Virus record (IMG/VR): IMGVR_UViG_3300032285_003287
Span: 17,718-81,717 of that record
Direction: 5' to 3' (one strand)
From: a virus
DNA: 64,000 nucleotides
Part shown: positions 22,834-33,355 of the stretch, in pieces
Numbering within the stretch: the first letter of the stretch is position 1
How the letters are laid out: each line of letters begins with the position of its first letter
The notes under the pieces: generated by a model
Database searches by the model: none
What the model saw: the letters and a program-made list of their open reading frames with translations, nothing else
What the model was told of the DNA's origin: nothing
Program-made: the position numbers and the translations under genes

Positions 22834-24873
22834 ATGACTAAAAAAGGTAAAAGTTCGGGCAGTTCGGAAATAAAGGCATCTACAACAACGGAAAGTAAGA
22901 AGAAGAATGTTTCTTTTGTTCAACCGGGATTGATAGAAGGATCTGTGAAGCTAGATTCTCAGTCTGAGGTCAGCGCTTCTATCGACTATTATGATGACGA
23001 GACGACAAATTATAATAATGGCCCTGCGTCTGCCAGAAGAAACCGCGCCGCAACGATAACTAGAGCCGAAAGGTACTCCAATATTGAGGGTGGTGTTGTT
23101 CCATTTATATATAGCGCATCTAGAGGAAAATATACTTCTAACGTATCTATTAGAGATGCAATTATTCTCTGTCAAAAAGCGTATTATAACTTTTCTGTAT
23201 TCCGTAATACTATAGATTTAATGACCGAGTTTAGTTGCTCGCCTATTTACTTTACCGGTGGCAACGCACAATCAAAGAAGTTCTTTGAGGCATGGGCAAA
23301 TAGGGTAAACCTATGGAGACTGCAGGATGATTTTTATCGTGAATACTATCGTAGTGGAAACGTATTTTTATATAAGTTAAATGCCGTATTTAATAGAGAA
23401 GATATGGCTGCAATTACAGATGTATTAACAGCCGCGAAAGAGAAAGAGGTTCCTATTAAATATATTATATTAAACCCTGCAGATATTCAGTCTATTGGTT
23501 CAGCTTCGTTTATTTCCCCTAGATACGTTAAGGTGCTAAATGATTTTGAAATGCAGGTCTTAACTAATCCAAAGACAGACGAAGAGAAGAAGATCGCAGA
23601 AAAAATTCAAGAGTTTGGACAGCTACAGGAGACAGTAAAAACAGCGCAATCTCAAACTTATTTAGTTTTCTATTTAGACCCAGATCGTGTCAAAGCGGTC
23701 TTTTATAAAAAGCAACCATACGAGCCATTTGGCGTACCGATGGGCTTTCCAGTGCTTCAGGATATTAACTGGAAGCAGGAGCTAAAAAACATTGATATGG
23801 CAATTAGCCGTACGATTCAGCAGTCTATCCTTCTGGTAACAATGGGCAATGATGAGATGGGTATGCCGACTGCAAAGCAGATTAATAATTTAAAAGCAAT
23901 CTTCCAAAATGAGAGTGTTGGGCGTATTTTAGTTACCGATTATACTACAAACGCAAAGTTTGTAATCCCAGAAGTAGATAAGCTATTAGATCCCAAGAAA
24001 TATCAAATTGTTAACGAAGATATTAAGAACGGTTTAAATAATATTTTAGTTGGAGACGAGAAATATGCAAATTCTTCTACGAAGGTAGAGATGTTCTTAG
24101 CTAGACTAAAGCATGCTAGAGAAGTTTTTCTTAACGAGTTCTTGCTACCAGAAATAAAATTTATTGGTGAGCAGCTTGGCTTTAAGTCTATACCAACTCC
24201 ACGATTCAAGGATGCGGACTTTAGAGATGATCCAAATCTTGCCAGAATTTACTCAAGAATGATGGAAATTGGTGTACTAACTCCAGAAGAGGGTATTACG
24301 GCCCTAGAGACGGGAAGGCTACCGCTTCCAGAGGAGAGTTTGCAGAGCCAGAAGAAACTTCACGAGTATCATGAAGAGGGACTGTACCAGCCACTGCTTA
24401 ATAATCCTAACTTAATTGTCCCACAAACCGGAAAAGTTGAGTTGGGTCAGCAACCCCAGACAACGCAACAAAAAACTGGTGGAGCTGGGGGTATGGCAGG
24501 TAGGCCACCGGGTGGCGGAACTAAAAAATCAGTAAATAATGTTGGTAGAATTGGGAAGAAAATTAGCGCACAAGATGTAGCCAATAACCTTGCTAGGTTT
24601 GATTTGCTAGAGGGTAGCATTGAAAACTATTTAAAAGAAAAATTTAATAAGAAAAAACTAGCTAAAGAGCAAAAGGAGATTGTTAAAGAAATCGCTGAAA
24701 CTATTGCAATAAATGAATCTCCAGAAAATTGGATAGAGAGTATTGCTACATATATTAATCAGCCAGTACAAGTTAACGATAATTTAGCAGAGGTACAAGA
24801 AATCTCCGAGCGCCATGGGGTTGACGTAAAAACTGCAATTCTATTAATGCATAGCCAAATAAACGAGGAATAA
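22834..24873 (+). CDS. portal protein
   Basis: 679 aa directly after terL; AYY....RNTIDLM.EF, EYYRSGNVF, EPFGVP patterns resemble large-phage portals. Confidence 0.75.
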   Translation: MTKKGKSSGSSEIKASTTTESKKKNVSFVQPGLIEGSVKLDSQSEVSASIDYYDDETTNYNNGPASARRNRAATITRAERYSNIEGGVVPFIYSASRGKYTSNVSIRDAIILCQKAYYNFSVFRNTIDLMTEFSCSPIYFTGGNAQSKKFFEAWANRVNLWRLQDDFYREYYRSGNVFLYKLNAVFNREDMAAITDVLTAAKEKEVPIKYIILNPADIQSIGSASFISPRYVKVLNDFEMQVLTNPKTDEEKKIAEKIQEFGQLQETVKTAQSQTYLVFYLDPDRVKAVFYKKQPYEPFGVPMGFPVLQDINWKQELKNIDMAISRTIQQSILLVTMGNDEMGMPTAKQINNLKAIFQNESVGRILVTDYTTNAKFVIPEVDKLLDPKKYQIVNEDIKNGLNNILVGDEKYANSSTKVEMFLARLKHAREVFLNEFLLPEIKFIGEQLGFKSIPTPRFKDADFRDDPNLARIYSRMMEIGVLTPEEGITALETGRLPLPEESLQSQKKLHEYHEEGLYQPLLNNPNLIVPQTGKVELGQQPQTTQQKTGGAGGMAGRPPGGGTKKSVNNVGRIGKKISAQDVANNLARFDLLEGSIENYLKEKFNKKKLAKEQKEIVKEIAETIAINESPENWIESIATYINQPVQVNDNLAEVQEISERHGVDVKTAILLMHSQINEE

Positions 24874-24877
24874 TAAA

Positions 24878-27800
24878 ATGCCAATTAGCTTAATCAAAAA
24901 AAACCAATTAGACCCAAACGTTGCCGACTTGGTTGGTCAGTACGGCAGCGGATTCTTTCTTCCTGTATCAGTAAGTGGAGATCTTACGGGTTTTATAGGT
25001 AAAGCCCTAACTAACATAACTGGAATAAAAACATTAAATAGTTTACAGGGTATTGTTAGTATAATAGGCAATAGTGGAGTTAATATCTCAATTGATACAG
25101 GAAATAATTATATAGTTATCGCGTATACCGGAACGCCAGTTCCGCCTAATTTAGTTTTTACTACAGGAGATCAGGTTGTCGATGGAATTAAAAATTTTGT
25201 AGGTAATATACAGTTTAGTGGAAACCAGTTAAGTACCGGATATGACCAGTCGCTCAATACGACGGATAATGTGACGTTCAGTGGGGTTGGATTGGGCGTT
25301 GATCCGCTTTATGTGCAACACCCAACTGCTTTCGGTGTAATTTCTGCGTTGGCTAACGATGGTTCAGCGGTATTTGCAAATGGTTATGCATCGATTGACA
25401 GCCTTGGGGGCGCTGTTTTTGCAAACTACTCGACCACGATTGGTCAAGATGGCTTGGTATCGTTTGCCTACGGAGCAGCGCAGGTTCATACCGACGGCAC
25501 ATTCTGGAGCAACGGTGGACAATTAATAACAGGCGTTGATTTAACGCCCTATGCGCTAAATGCGAATACTGGACAGTTCGTAACTGTCGATCAAACGGAT
25601 GCTTTTTACGGCGTAAATAACCCTAGTGGTTATATTACTGGATATAACCAATCTCTCAATACGACTGACAACCCGACGTTTTTTGGGTTGACAACTAACG
25701 GGGCGCAGGGAGTTACTATCGGCAAATTTGCGGTTTATCAATCTGATTTGAACGGAGATTTAGAATTTTACAACGGATTGAATTCCATCGCGGGAATCTC
25801 TACTTCACGATTAAGTGCAGGGGTCTCAAAAATTAACCCCGACGGCTCCGCATCTTTTGCAAATGGAGCGGCATCCATCGATTCCTTGGGCTCGGCATCA
25901 TTTGCCAGTGGAGCGGCCCAAATCCACGCCGATGGCACCTTCTGGAGCAACGGTGGACAATTAATAACTGGCTTTGATTTAACGCCCTATGCGCTAAATG
26001 CGAATACTGGGTCGTTCGTAACCGTCGATCAAACTGGAGCGTTCTACGCAGCTACAAATCCGAGCGGTTATATTACGGGCGTTGATTTAACGCCATATGC
26101 TTTAAATGCAGACCTTACTGGTATTTACGCGACCTATGCGCAGCTTACCGGATTGAGTGGGTATGAGGCGAGTGTCACTAATCTTCTAGCTACTTATGCT
26201 CAATTAACTGGATATAGCGGTTTTGAAGCAACCGTAGATGCTGCGTTTGCTACGTATTCGCAACTAACTGGTCTAAGCGGCTATGCGGCGGCAGTTACTA
26301 ATTTAGCGACTACCGGACAAACACTTTCGTCTAGGATTTCTTCTTTAAGTGGAACATTGACAGGCAATTACGTACTAAAGGCGCAGACTGGACAGTTCAT
26401 GCCAATCACACAATACGGCAATTTCTACCTAAAAACTAACCCGAGCGGGTTTGTAACAACCGCACAAACTGGCTTATTAACTGGATCCTTTTACCCTAAC
26501 AATAACCCAAGTGGTTTTATCACGGCGGATCAATCATTAAATACTAGCGATAATGTAGCATTTAATTTGTTAAATTGGGGACCTACTATATGGAATAGCA
26601 AAATGGGACGCCTGCAAAGTGATGGGTCATTAGCTATAGGTTCGGGCGACTGGACTGTCATTGGTACATCAGGAACAGTTTATGTAAATAGTTTAAAATT
26701 AACTCCCGGAGATTACTGGTCTTATTACAATGGGCCGTTTACTGATACGGGAAGTGCTCTATATACTCCTGACGGTACATCATTATATTGGAATGGGGTG
26801 CCAGTAATGACTGGTTCAGCTGGAGACAGCCAGTCAAATATTACAGGCTCTCCCACTTTTAAGACTATCTACCTTAATTCTGATAACTATGATCCAACTG
26901 GCACTGCATATATTGGCTCTTTTGGGGGGGAGCTTGCTCTAACGGCTTTTCGTATTGGCAAAGATGGGGTTGGGCCACTATTCTATAGCACTGACGGTGC
27001 TAATCAATTGGGCATAGACTCTTTACAGGGTATTGAGTTTGGTATGGGTGACAAATATGGACCTAATCCAAACTATAGTAGAATACTATTTTTAACTGGT
27101 GGTGGCGCATCTTTTAATGATGGTGCCGCTCTTATTAACTCGAATGGCTCGGCTTCATTTGCGAACGGAACGACACAAATACATACAGACGGATCAGTAT
27201 GGGTAAGTGGCAACCAATTAATAACCGGAGTAGATAAACTGCAAGGCAATCCCGTTAGTGCACAATCACCACAGAATGGTCAGACGTTACAATGGAATGG
27301 GTCAGCTTGGGTGCCGGGTGCGGTTGCCGCTGGCGGTAATGGTGGTGGAGGTAAGGTTTATTATTTTGATTTTATAAACCAATCTGGAATTTTACCAACT
27401 GGCGGACTATCAAGTAGCGGAAATTTTAAAAATAGTTTATTAGGAGTAGATTACTCTATTGGTAGCGGTAGTGGTCAGAGCGCTGATTTGGTTCCGCGAA
27501 ATTCTGATGTATTAGTAATGGGATTTGTAACTCCTAGCGGAAATCCCGGTATTACTAATATTCCTCCGGGGCTTTGGGACTTTAATATATGGGCAAACAC
27601 TAATAGCAATAATGCAACAGAAACAGCCATTAAGGCGGTAGTTAATATTTATAATCCTGATACTTCTACTTATAGATATTTGGCTAGTTCTGATTATGTT
27701 TATCTTTATGACGGAACAACCATATCGCAATATTTATTGAATGTAACTGTTCCGCAAACTGGAATAGCAATTAATGAGCGTATTTATATACAACTTTTTG

Positions 27801-28348
27801 GGAAAAAAAATGTAACCTCAACAAGAACAGTAACTTTATATTTTGACAGTTATCGCCCATCACATGTTCATACTACCATTCCCTCGGTGGCTGGAAATGG
27901 TATCGTTAAAGTAATTAATGGTATTTACCAAACTCCGGCAACTGGTATATTTGATAGTGATGTTGATGCAAATGCCGGTATACAGCAAAGTAAAATACTT
28001 GGGCTAACTGACTCATTATCATTACTTTCCAACTCGATTACCTCATTAAGTGGTACATTAACTGGTAACCTCGCTACGACTGGTTCTACGTTAGCTGGTA
28101 ATATCACCACGTTAACAAGTAACCTCGCTACGACTGGTTCTACGTTAGCTGGTAATATCACCACGTTAACAAGTAATCTAGCTACGACTGGTTCTACGTT
28201 AGCATCTTCGATTACTTCATTAAGTGGCACACTAACAGGAAACTATATTAGTGGAAATAATACTATAAATGGAATAATGACTATATCACAAACTGAATAT
28301 AATGCTATTACTCCAAATCCAAACGTTCTTTATATTATAACCTCATAA
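24878..28348 (+). CDS. repetitive virion fibre-like structural protein, 1156 aa
   Basis: Internal repeats (DQSLNTTDN x3; DGSASFANG; ITGVDLTPYALNA x3; NPSGYITG; NLATTGSTL); LQGNPVSAQSPQNGQTLQWNGSAWVP fibre motif; C-terminal EYNAITP.PN.LYII. Confidence 0.75.
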   Translation: MPISLIKKNQLDPNVADLVGQYGSGFFLPVSVSGDLTGFIGKALTNITGIKTLNSLQGIVSIIGNSGVNISIDTGNNYIVIAYTGTPVPPNLVFTTGDQVVDGIKNFVGNIQFSGNQLSTGYDQSLNTTDNVTFSGVGLGVDPLYVQHPTAFGVISALANDGSAVFANGYASIDSLGGAVFANYSTTIGQDGLVSFAYGAAQVHTDGTFWSNGGQLITGVDLTPYALNANTGQFVTVDQTDAFYGVNNPSGYITGYNQSLNTTDNPTFFGLTTNGAQGVTIGKFAVYQSDLNGDLEFYNGLNSIAGISTSRLSAGVSKINPDGSASFANGAASIDSLGSASFASGAAQIHADGTFWSNGGQLITGFDLTPYALNANTGSFVTVDQTGAFYAATNPSGYITGVDLTPYALNADLTGIYATYAQLTGLSGYEASVTNLLATYAQLTGYSGFEATVDAAFATYSQLTGLSGYAAAVTNLATTGQTLSSRISSLSGTLTGNYVLKAQTGQFMPITQYGNFYLKTNPSGFVTTAQTGLLTGSFYPNNNPSGFITADQSLNTSDNVAFNLLNWGPTIWNSKMGRLQSDGSLAIGSGDWTVIGTSGTVYVNSLKLTPGDYWSYYNGPFTDTGSALYTPDGTSLYWNGVPVMTGSAGDSQSNITGSPTFKTIYLNSDNYDPTGTAYIGSFGGELALTAFRIGKDGVGPLFYSTDGANQLGIDSLQGIEFGMGDKYGPNPNYSRILFLTGGGASFNDGAALINSNGSASFANGTTQIHTDGSVWVSGNQLITGVDKLQGNPVSAQSPQNGQTLQWNGSAWVPGAVAAGGNGGGGKVYYFDFINQSGILPTGGLSSSGNFKNSLLGVDYSIGSGSGQSADLVPRNSDVLVMGFVTPSGNPGITNIPPGLWDFNIWANTNSNNATETAIKAVVNIYNPDTSTYRYLASSDYVYLYDGTTISQYLLNVTVPQTGIAINERIYIQLFGKKNVTSTRTVTLYFDSYRPSHVHTTIPSVAGNGIVKVINGIYQTPATGIFDSDVDANAGIQQSKILGLTDSLSLLSNSITSLSGTLTGNLATTGSTLAGNITTLTSNLATTGSTLAGNITTLTSNLATTGSTLASSITSLSGTLTGNYISGNNTINGIMTISQTEYNAITPNPNVLYIITS
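28067..28203 (+). repeat. 54-bp tandem repeat, about 2.5 copies (NLATTGSTLAGNITTLTS)
   Basis: Units at 28067-28120 and 28121-28174 are identical; partial third copy. Confidence 0.9.
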
Positions 28349-29430
28349 TGAATTTAAATCGTGCAACTCGTTTGTATGTTGGATCTAAACTTTCATCTGC
28401 AATAGTTGAAACAGATTCGGTATCAAATTTTTATGCACATACTCCATTATTAATATCTAAAATAATTACTGGGAATAGGAGTTTAAATAAATATGGTGCC
28501 GACACATTAACAATAAGCAGCAATAATACATATACTGGCAAATCTTATATAAATAGCGGAACTTTAATATTGGCGTCTGATAGTAATACGTTAGGAAGTG
28601 GGCCTGTATATTTTTCTAGTGGTACAACTTTAAAAACAGCGACTGCAACTTCATTAAATAATAATATATATTTATATTCAGGATCTTTAACTTTGGAAGT
28701 AACTAGTGGTAATCTTGGGATATATGGCAATCTATATGGATCTGGAATAATAACACAATCTTCAGCGTTAAGTGCTCCGGTTAGAAACGTAATATTTTCT
28801 GGAGATAATAGTAATTTTAGTGGAACATTTTTTGAGGACAATAATACGCAAAACCGTACGTCTTTTAATTCCCCTACCGCTGGAAGTGATAGCGCTATAT
28901 GGCGATTTGATCGTAATATAGCCGGAGGTGCAGCAATTAATTTATTAAATGGTGGTATTATAAATTTTGGACAAATAACTGGTGGCGGTAGAACTAACGG
29001 TGGAGGACTAAGAATAAATACTACTGGAACAACAATAAAAATTGGAGCTTTAAATACCAACTCTACATTTGCCGGAGTTATTCAGCAGGGGAATATTAAT
29101 ACATCTGGCTCTATAATTAAAACTGGAAATGGTACTTTTACGTTGTCGAATTTAAATACGTATAATGGCAAGACAACAATAACTGGTGGAGCGCTGTATA
29201 TTGTAAATACGGGAAGTTTTCCTATCAATCCTTCTAATAAGTTATCTTCTGCGCTTTTGACATCAACAGATTCCATAACTTTCACTTTCGGTACCGCACC
29301 GATAATTGGAGAATCATATAGAATACTTAGTGGAATTACGACAAATACTTATACGAATATAACATTTGTAAATGGCGGCGGAAGAACTGGTTCTTATAAT
29401 TCATTAAACTCAACTTTAACTATTGCATAA
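28348..29430 (+). CDS. protein with autotransporter-associated beta-strand repeats (PATR)
   Basis: LNKYGADTLTISSNNTYTGKSYINSGTL and IIKTGNGTFTLSNLNTYNGKTTITGGAL match the K.G.GTL.L...NTY.G.T.I..G.L consensus. Confidence 0.85.
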   Translation: MNLNRATRLYVGSKLSSAIVETDSVSNFYAHTPLLISKIITGNRSLNKYGADTLTISSNNTYTGKSYINSGTLILASDSNTLGSGPVYFSSGTTLKTATATSLNNNIYLYSGSLTLEVTSGNLGIYGNLYGSGIITQSSALSAPVRNVIFSGDNSNFSGTFFEDNNTQNRTSFNSPTAGSDSAIWRFDRNIAGGAAINLLNGGIINFGQITGGGRTNGGGLRINTTGTTIKIGALNTNSTFAGVIQQGNINTSGSIIKTGNGTFTLSNLNTYNGKTTITGGALYIVNTGSFPINPSNKLSSALLTSTDSITFTFGTAPIIGESYRILSGITTNTYTNITFVNGGGRTGSYNSLNSTLTIA

Positions 29431-29432
29431 AT

Positions 29433-29693
29433 ATGATTATTACACCTAATGACAACGGATGGAGTATAAGTGAACAGCCCGCTATAGGAGAGTGGCATTT
29501 AGTATTTGACGATAAAAATATAATTTCTTTTTTTCAAGCGGAAGGAATAACGTCTACACAATTAAATCTATTTGTGGGAAAAAAAACCGAATGCGATGAT
29601 TTTATATCTATAAATAATTTACAGATAAAATTTGAATTACCAGTAGATAATCTAGAACCGTCTATCATACTTGAGGATGATGGTACTAATTAA
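29433..29693 (+). CDS. hypothetical protein, 86 aa (possible fibre chaperone)
   Basis: ATG ORF right after the fibre-like genes. Confidence 0.6.
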   Translation: MIITPNDNGWSISEQPAIGEWHLVFDDKNIISFFQAEGITSTQLNLFVGKKTECDDFISINNLQIKFELPVDNLEPSIILEDDGTN

Positions 29694-29728
29694 TAATTTA
29701 TATCTCTGTAGAGATTTATGCGTTGGTG

Positions 29729-29742
29729 GTGTAATATAAAAT
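29729..29742 (+). promoter_or_regulatory. late-promoter-like motif GTGTAA plus AT-rich run (representative copy)
   Basis: Same motif at 13497, 15996, 17539, 22804, 31501, 33304, 35553, 39207, 41344, 58392, 63371 (+) and 452-457, 17487-17492 (-), each shortly upstream of a gene start. Confidence 0.65.
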
Positions 29743-30321
29743 ATGAAGATATTTAGACTGGCGCTTTTTTCTCTATTAATGAGCGGATGTACCATTTATA
29801 CGGAAAAGCAGTCCGAAGCGGTGAGCGAAAATGTTTATGCGGCAAACGAATCTATTGCAAAAGCAAGAGTGGATTTGGCGCAGTTCTATTCAAATGAGAC
29901 CACAAAGTTCATTAAACCCCCAAAACATCCTATTAAAATAAATTCTATATATCAGGCTGGAGAAGTGGTTAAAAATTCCAAACAGGCAGAGAAAACACGG
30001 GTTGTGATAGTTCCTGATGAATATAAAAACGATAAACTAGTGGTAGTTGGGTCTACTGAGTATGATAATCTTCTAAAAGATAGTGCTATTAAAAAACAGT
30101 TAGAAGAAGACAATAAAAATAAAGCCAGTCAGTTAAAAACTAATGATATAGAGCTACAAAAACAAAGAGATATGTCAGATAAAATGATAATAGATCTAAA
30201 CAATTTACAGAAAAAAGTAATAACTAAAGATTTGGTTATATTAAGATTATGGACTGCCTTAGTTAGTACTTGGATAATTTTTGCTGGCGCAGTTTATTTA
30301 AGAATTAAAGGAGTATTATAA
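29743..30321 (+). CDS. lipoprotein with C-terminal TM helix, probable unimolecular spanin
   Basis: Lipobox-like LMSG|C at residue 16, coiled-coil middle, hydrophobic C-terminus LWTALVSTWIIFAGAVYL; lies in the lysis cassette. Confidence 0.6.
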   Translation: MKIFRLALFSLLMSGCTIYTEKQSEAVSENVYAANESIAKARVDLAQFYSNETTKFIKPPKHPIKINSIYQAGEVVKNSKQAEKTRVVIVPDEYKNDKLVVVGSTEYDNLLKDSAIKKQLEEDNKNKASQLKTNDIELQKQRDMSDKMIIDLNNLQKKVITKDLVILRLWTALVSTWIIFAGAVYLRIKGVL

Positions 30322-30322
30322 T

Positions 30323-30442
30323 ATGAATAAATTAAAAGAAATATCTGGTATAATTGTGCAGTGGGCTAAAGATAATCCTAAGCAGGCTTTAGTTATTGGT
30401 ATATTTATAGCTGGATTTATCCTAGGGGCTATTATATTCTAA
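30323..30442 (+). CDS. 39-aa tail-anchored membrane peptide
   Basis: Hand-translated MNKLKEISGIIVQWAKDNPKQALVIGIFIAGFILGAIIF; stop overlaps the next ATG. Confidence 0.65.
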   Translation: MNKLKEISGIIVQWAKDNPKQALVIGIFIAGFILGAIIF

Positions 30443-30900
30443 TGTTTGATAGTATAGTCAATATAGCGCAAACGGCAGTAGCCTTTTTAACAAACGGTAA
30501 GGCGCCGCCAAATACTCCTCCAGAGCTAGAGAAGAAAATGGAGGATACTAATCATCTTGCATCTAAGAAGTTTTTTATTATAATGACTTCTTTATTGATT
30601 ATTGTTAGTATGTTTTTTATTGCTGTTGCTATACTGTTTTTTATACCTAAAGATCATGATATAGTTATTACTACATATGCCACAATATTTACTAAAATAA
30701 TGGAGCAAATAGCTCTAGTTATATCTGTTTATATTGGCGCGCAAGGACTTGTTGATTTGAGGTTTAATAGTTCTTCTAGCGCTTCAGTCGAAGGTAATGC
30801 AGAGTCGTCTACTGAAAATAAAAATGTAAATTTAAACCAAAACATTTTAACTAATAACGGCAAGGAAGAAGACTATAATATATCAGAAGTAGACGTATGA
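30442..30900 (+). CDS. holin-like membrane protein (2 TM)
   Basis: SKKF + TM1 and TM2 ending YIGAQGLVD; coupled to the endolysin. Confidence 0.65.
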   Translation: MFDSIVNIAQTAVAFLTNGKAPPNTPPELEKKMEDTNHLASKKFFIIMTSLLIIVSMFFIAVAILFFIPKDHDIVITTYATIFTKIMEQIALVISVYIGAQGLVDLRFNSSSSASVEGNAESSTENKNVNLNQNILTNNGKEEDYNISEVDV

Positions 30901-31511
30901 AAAATCCTTCCGCAAAAGCCCTTTCTTTAGTTTTGGAATATGAGGTTGGCGGTAGCGAATCTTATTATGAAAAATACTTAACTGGACCAACTTGGCCCGG
31001 CGGTGCAAGTGGCATGACATTAGCTATTGGTATAGATTGTGGATACTATACACCTAATGAACTACAGCAGATTTTTAACTTCTTACCTAGCGATCAGCTT
31101 AAGGCGGTGCAGGGCGCTAGCGGTAAAACCGGTCAAAGTGGCAAAGAATATACGCAATCTGTGGCAGGTTTAGGTATTAAAATAACATGGAAACAAGCTA
31201 TTGAAATCTTTGATAAATATACTTGGCCAAAATTTGCAAGACTTGCTGAAAGAACCTTTCCCGGATTGGATCAGCTATGCGATAACGCATATGGTGCTAT
31301 TGTTTCACTGGTATTTAATCGTGGGACTAGTTTGGTGGGCGATAGTCGCAGAGAAATGAGAGAAATAAAAGATCTAGTAGCAAAAAAAGATTATCGCAGT
31401 ATAGCAATAGAATTACAGAAGATGAAAAGGGTTTGGAAAGGTAAGGGGTTGGATGGGCTTTTAGCAAGAAGAGATGCTGAGGCAGCACTAGTTCTTTCGT
31501 GTGTAAATTAA
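30897..31511 (+). CDS. endolysin, lysozyme-like muramidase (pesticin C-terminal/GH24-like)
   Basis: E.GG...WPGGASG.T..IG.D.G, AIVSLVFNRG, GLLARR.AEA.L. Confidence 0.88.
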   Translation: MKNPSAKALSLVLEYEVGGSESYYEKYLTGPTWPGGASGMTLAIGIDCGYYTPNELQQIFNFLPSDQLKAVQGASGKTGQSGKEYTQSVAGLGIKITWKQAIEIFDKYTWPKFARLAERTFPGLDQLCDNAYGAIVSLVFNRGTSLVGDSRREMREIKDLVAKKDYRSIAIELQKMKRVWKGKGLDGLLARRDAEAALVLSCVN

Positions 31512-31547
31512 TTTGTTTTCTGTGTATAATATTATTATTATATACAT

Positions 31548-33323
31548 ATGATTATTGTTGATAACTCTAACGCACCCGGATTTGATCTTAATAACCTAGA
31601 ATACAGTCCCGGAAAGCAAGTTAATATATGCGCATTTGAGTTATTAAAAAACCAAGACAATAAGATTATAGTCAATAGAGAGTTAAAAAATATTGCTCCC
31701 GTTTCTAATAGCAGTGTAAATTTAAACATGGATAAATTCAAGTATTATGCCCGTTTTGATGGCATCGTTGTTCAAGCTAGAGTAAATGTTGATGAGGATA
31801 AATATCTAGCTGTTGCCTCTATAGACCAATTAAAGAATTATCTACCAAATAGCGTAGATCTAGATGTTAATAAGGATCTAATGGGCGTTGCTTTTGATGC
31901 CTTTGTCGTAAATCGTGGCAACAAGAATGGGCATATGATTGGAACCCAGAATGCACTAGCAATGGTTTCTAACTTTGTAAATAAACCGTTTAATATAGAG
32001 CATAATCGTAAGACGGTAATTGGTTTTTGTACCGGATATGGATTCAGTGAGTTTGGTACAAGTAATCCACTAACATTAGAGCAGGTCTCTGCAATGACCG
32101 AGCCATTTAACGTAGTTCTTTCTGGATATGTATGGAAGATTACAAACCCTGAGTTTGCAGAGGAGCTTGTTGAGAGTAGTGACCCAAGTTCTGATAAATA
32201 CCTATCTGTTAGCGCTAGCTGGGAGCTAGGCTTCAATGAATTTAACATTGCTGAGGGAAGCAAGAATCTAAATGAAGCAACAATAATCGAAGATGAGGAA
32301 GAGATACTAAAGCATAAAGATGACCTAAAAGTTTTCGGCGGAAGCGGTATCTCTACAATCTCTGGAAAGCAAATTTTCTTAAATTTACAAGGTAATATAT
32401 TACCATTGGGAATTGGTTTTACCAATAATCCTGCTGCTGAAGTCAAGGGCGTAGTTATATCCTATGACAAACCAGAGGACACTAAAAACGAAAAAGAAGA
32501 CAATGAAATTAATAAAAAAAGTGTCTCCTCCGAAATTAAAGATGTAAAAAAGATTATGCAAATCAATCAGATTGAAGATATCACAGAAGACACAATGAAG
32601 GAAGCTTCTGCTAGTGCAGTTCGCGAGTTCATTTCCAACAAGATCACAGAACTAGCTAAAGACTGGACCGCAAAGGTTGAAGAGAAAGAGAATTCTCTAA
32701 AGGCCGCGCAGGAAGAACTAGCTGCTCTAAAAACTGACTTAGAGGCAATCAAGGCCGAGAGTGAGAAGGTAAGAGCTGAGTTTTCCGAGGTACAGGAGAA
32801 CATCAGGAAGCAAGAGATTGAAGCAACGTTCCAGCGCCGTATGGCCCTAATCGATGAAGAGTTCGACCTAACTGATGCTGATCGCACTATTGTTGCCGAA
32901 GACCTTCAGGCTATCAATGACGAAGAGTCTTTCGACAAGTGGTATAATAAATTTGCAACCTTAGCCGAAGCCAAGAAGAAGAGTGCCAAAAAGGACTCCG
33001 AGCAGAAGACAGAGACTAAGGACGATACTGGTACATCCGAGACTTCTTATAGCAAGAAGCAGGACAATAAGGACGAAGAAAAGTCCGAGAAGAAAGACGA
33101 CAAAAAAGAAGAGAAGGATGAAGAGGTAGAGGCCGATGAAGATGCAATGGCCGACAAGAAAGACAAAAAGGCCAACGCTTCTGAGAAGACAGTTGAAGAG
33201 GTTGTCAATAGTGTCGAGATCGAAGCAGCTCTAATTCCTAATGCTGCTGCACCTAATGAGCTTTCCCTAATGGAAAAAATTAGTGCCGCTTTCAATAAAT
33301 CCAGTGTAAAGATAAAAAGATAA
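31548..33323 (+). CDS. prohead protease/scaffold fusion
   Basis: N.NG...NIEH...SASWE N-terminal domain followed by a long acidic coiled coil; sits upstream of the capsid genes. Confidence 0.65.
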   Translation: MIIVDNSNAPGFDLNNLEYSPGKQVNICAFELLKNQDNKIIVNRELKNIAPVSNSSVNLNMDKFKYYARFDGIVVQARVNVDEDKYLAVASIDQLKNYLPNSVDLDVNKDLMGVAFDAFVVNRGNKNGHMIGTQNALAMVSNFVNKPFNIEHNRKTVIGFCTGYGFSEFGTSNPLTLEQVSAMTEPFNVVLSGYVWKITNPEFAEELVESSDPSSDKYLSVSASWELGFNEFNIAEGSKNLNEATIIEDEEEILKHKDDLKVFGGSGISTISGKQIFLNLQGNILPLGIGFTNNPAAEVKGVVISYDKPEDTKNEKEDNEINKKSVSSEIKDVKKIMQINQIEDITEDTMKEASASAVREFISNKITELAKDWTAKVEEKENSLKAAQEELAALKTDLEAIKAESEKVRAEFSEVQENIRKQEIEATFQRRMALIDEEFDLTDADRTIVAEDLQAINDEESFDKWYNKFATLAEAKKKSAKKDSEQKTETKDDTGTSETSYSKKQDNKDEEKSEKKDDKKEEKDEEVEADEDAMADKKDKKANASEKTVEEVVNSVEIEAALIPNAAAPNELSLMEKISAAFNKSSVKIKR

Positions 33324-33355
33324 TTATATCTAAAACAATTTAACTAAACAAACTT

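Noticed and set aside
31838-33295. Minus-strand ORFs in the late region (also 28545-29060, 43378-43764 etc.)
   Set aside because: Antisense shadows of well-supported structural genes
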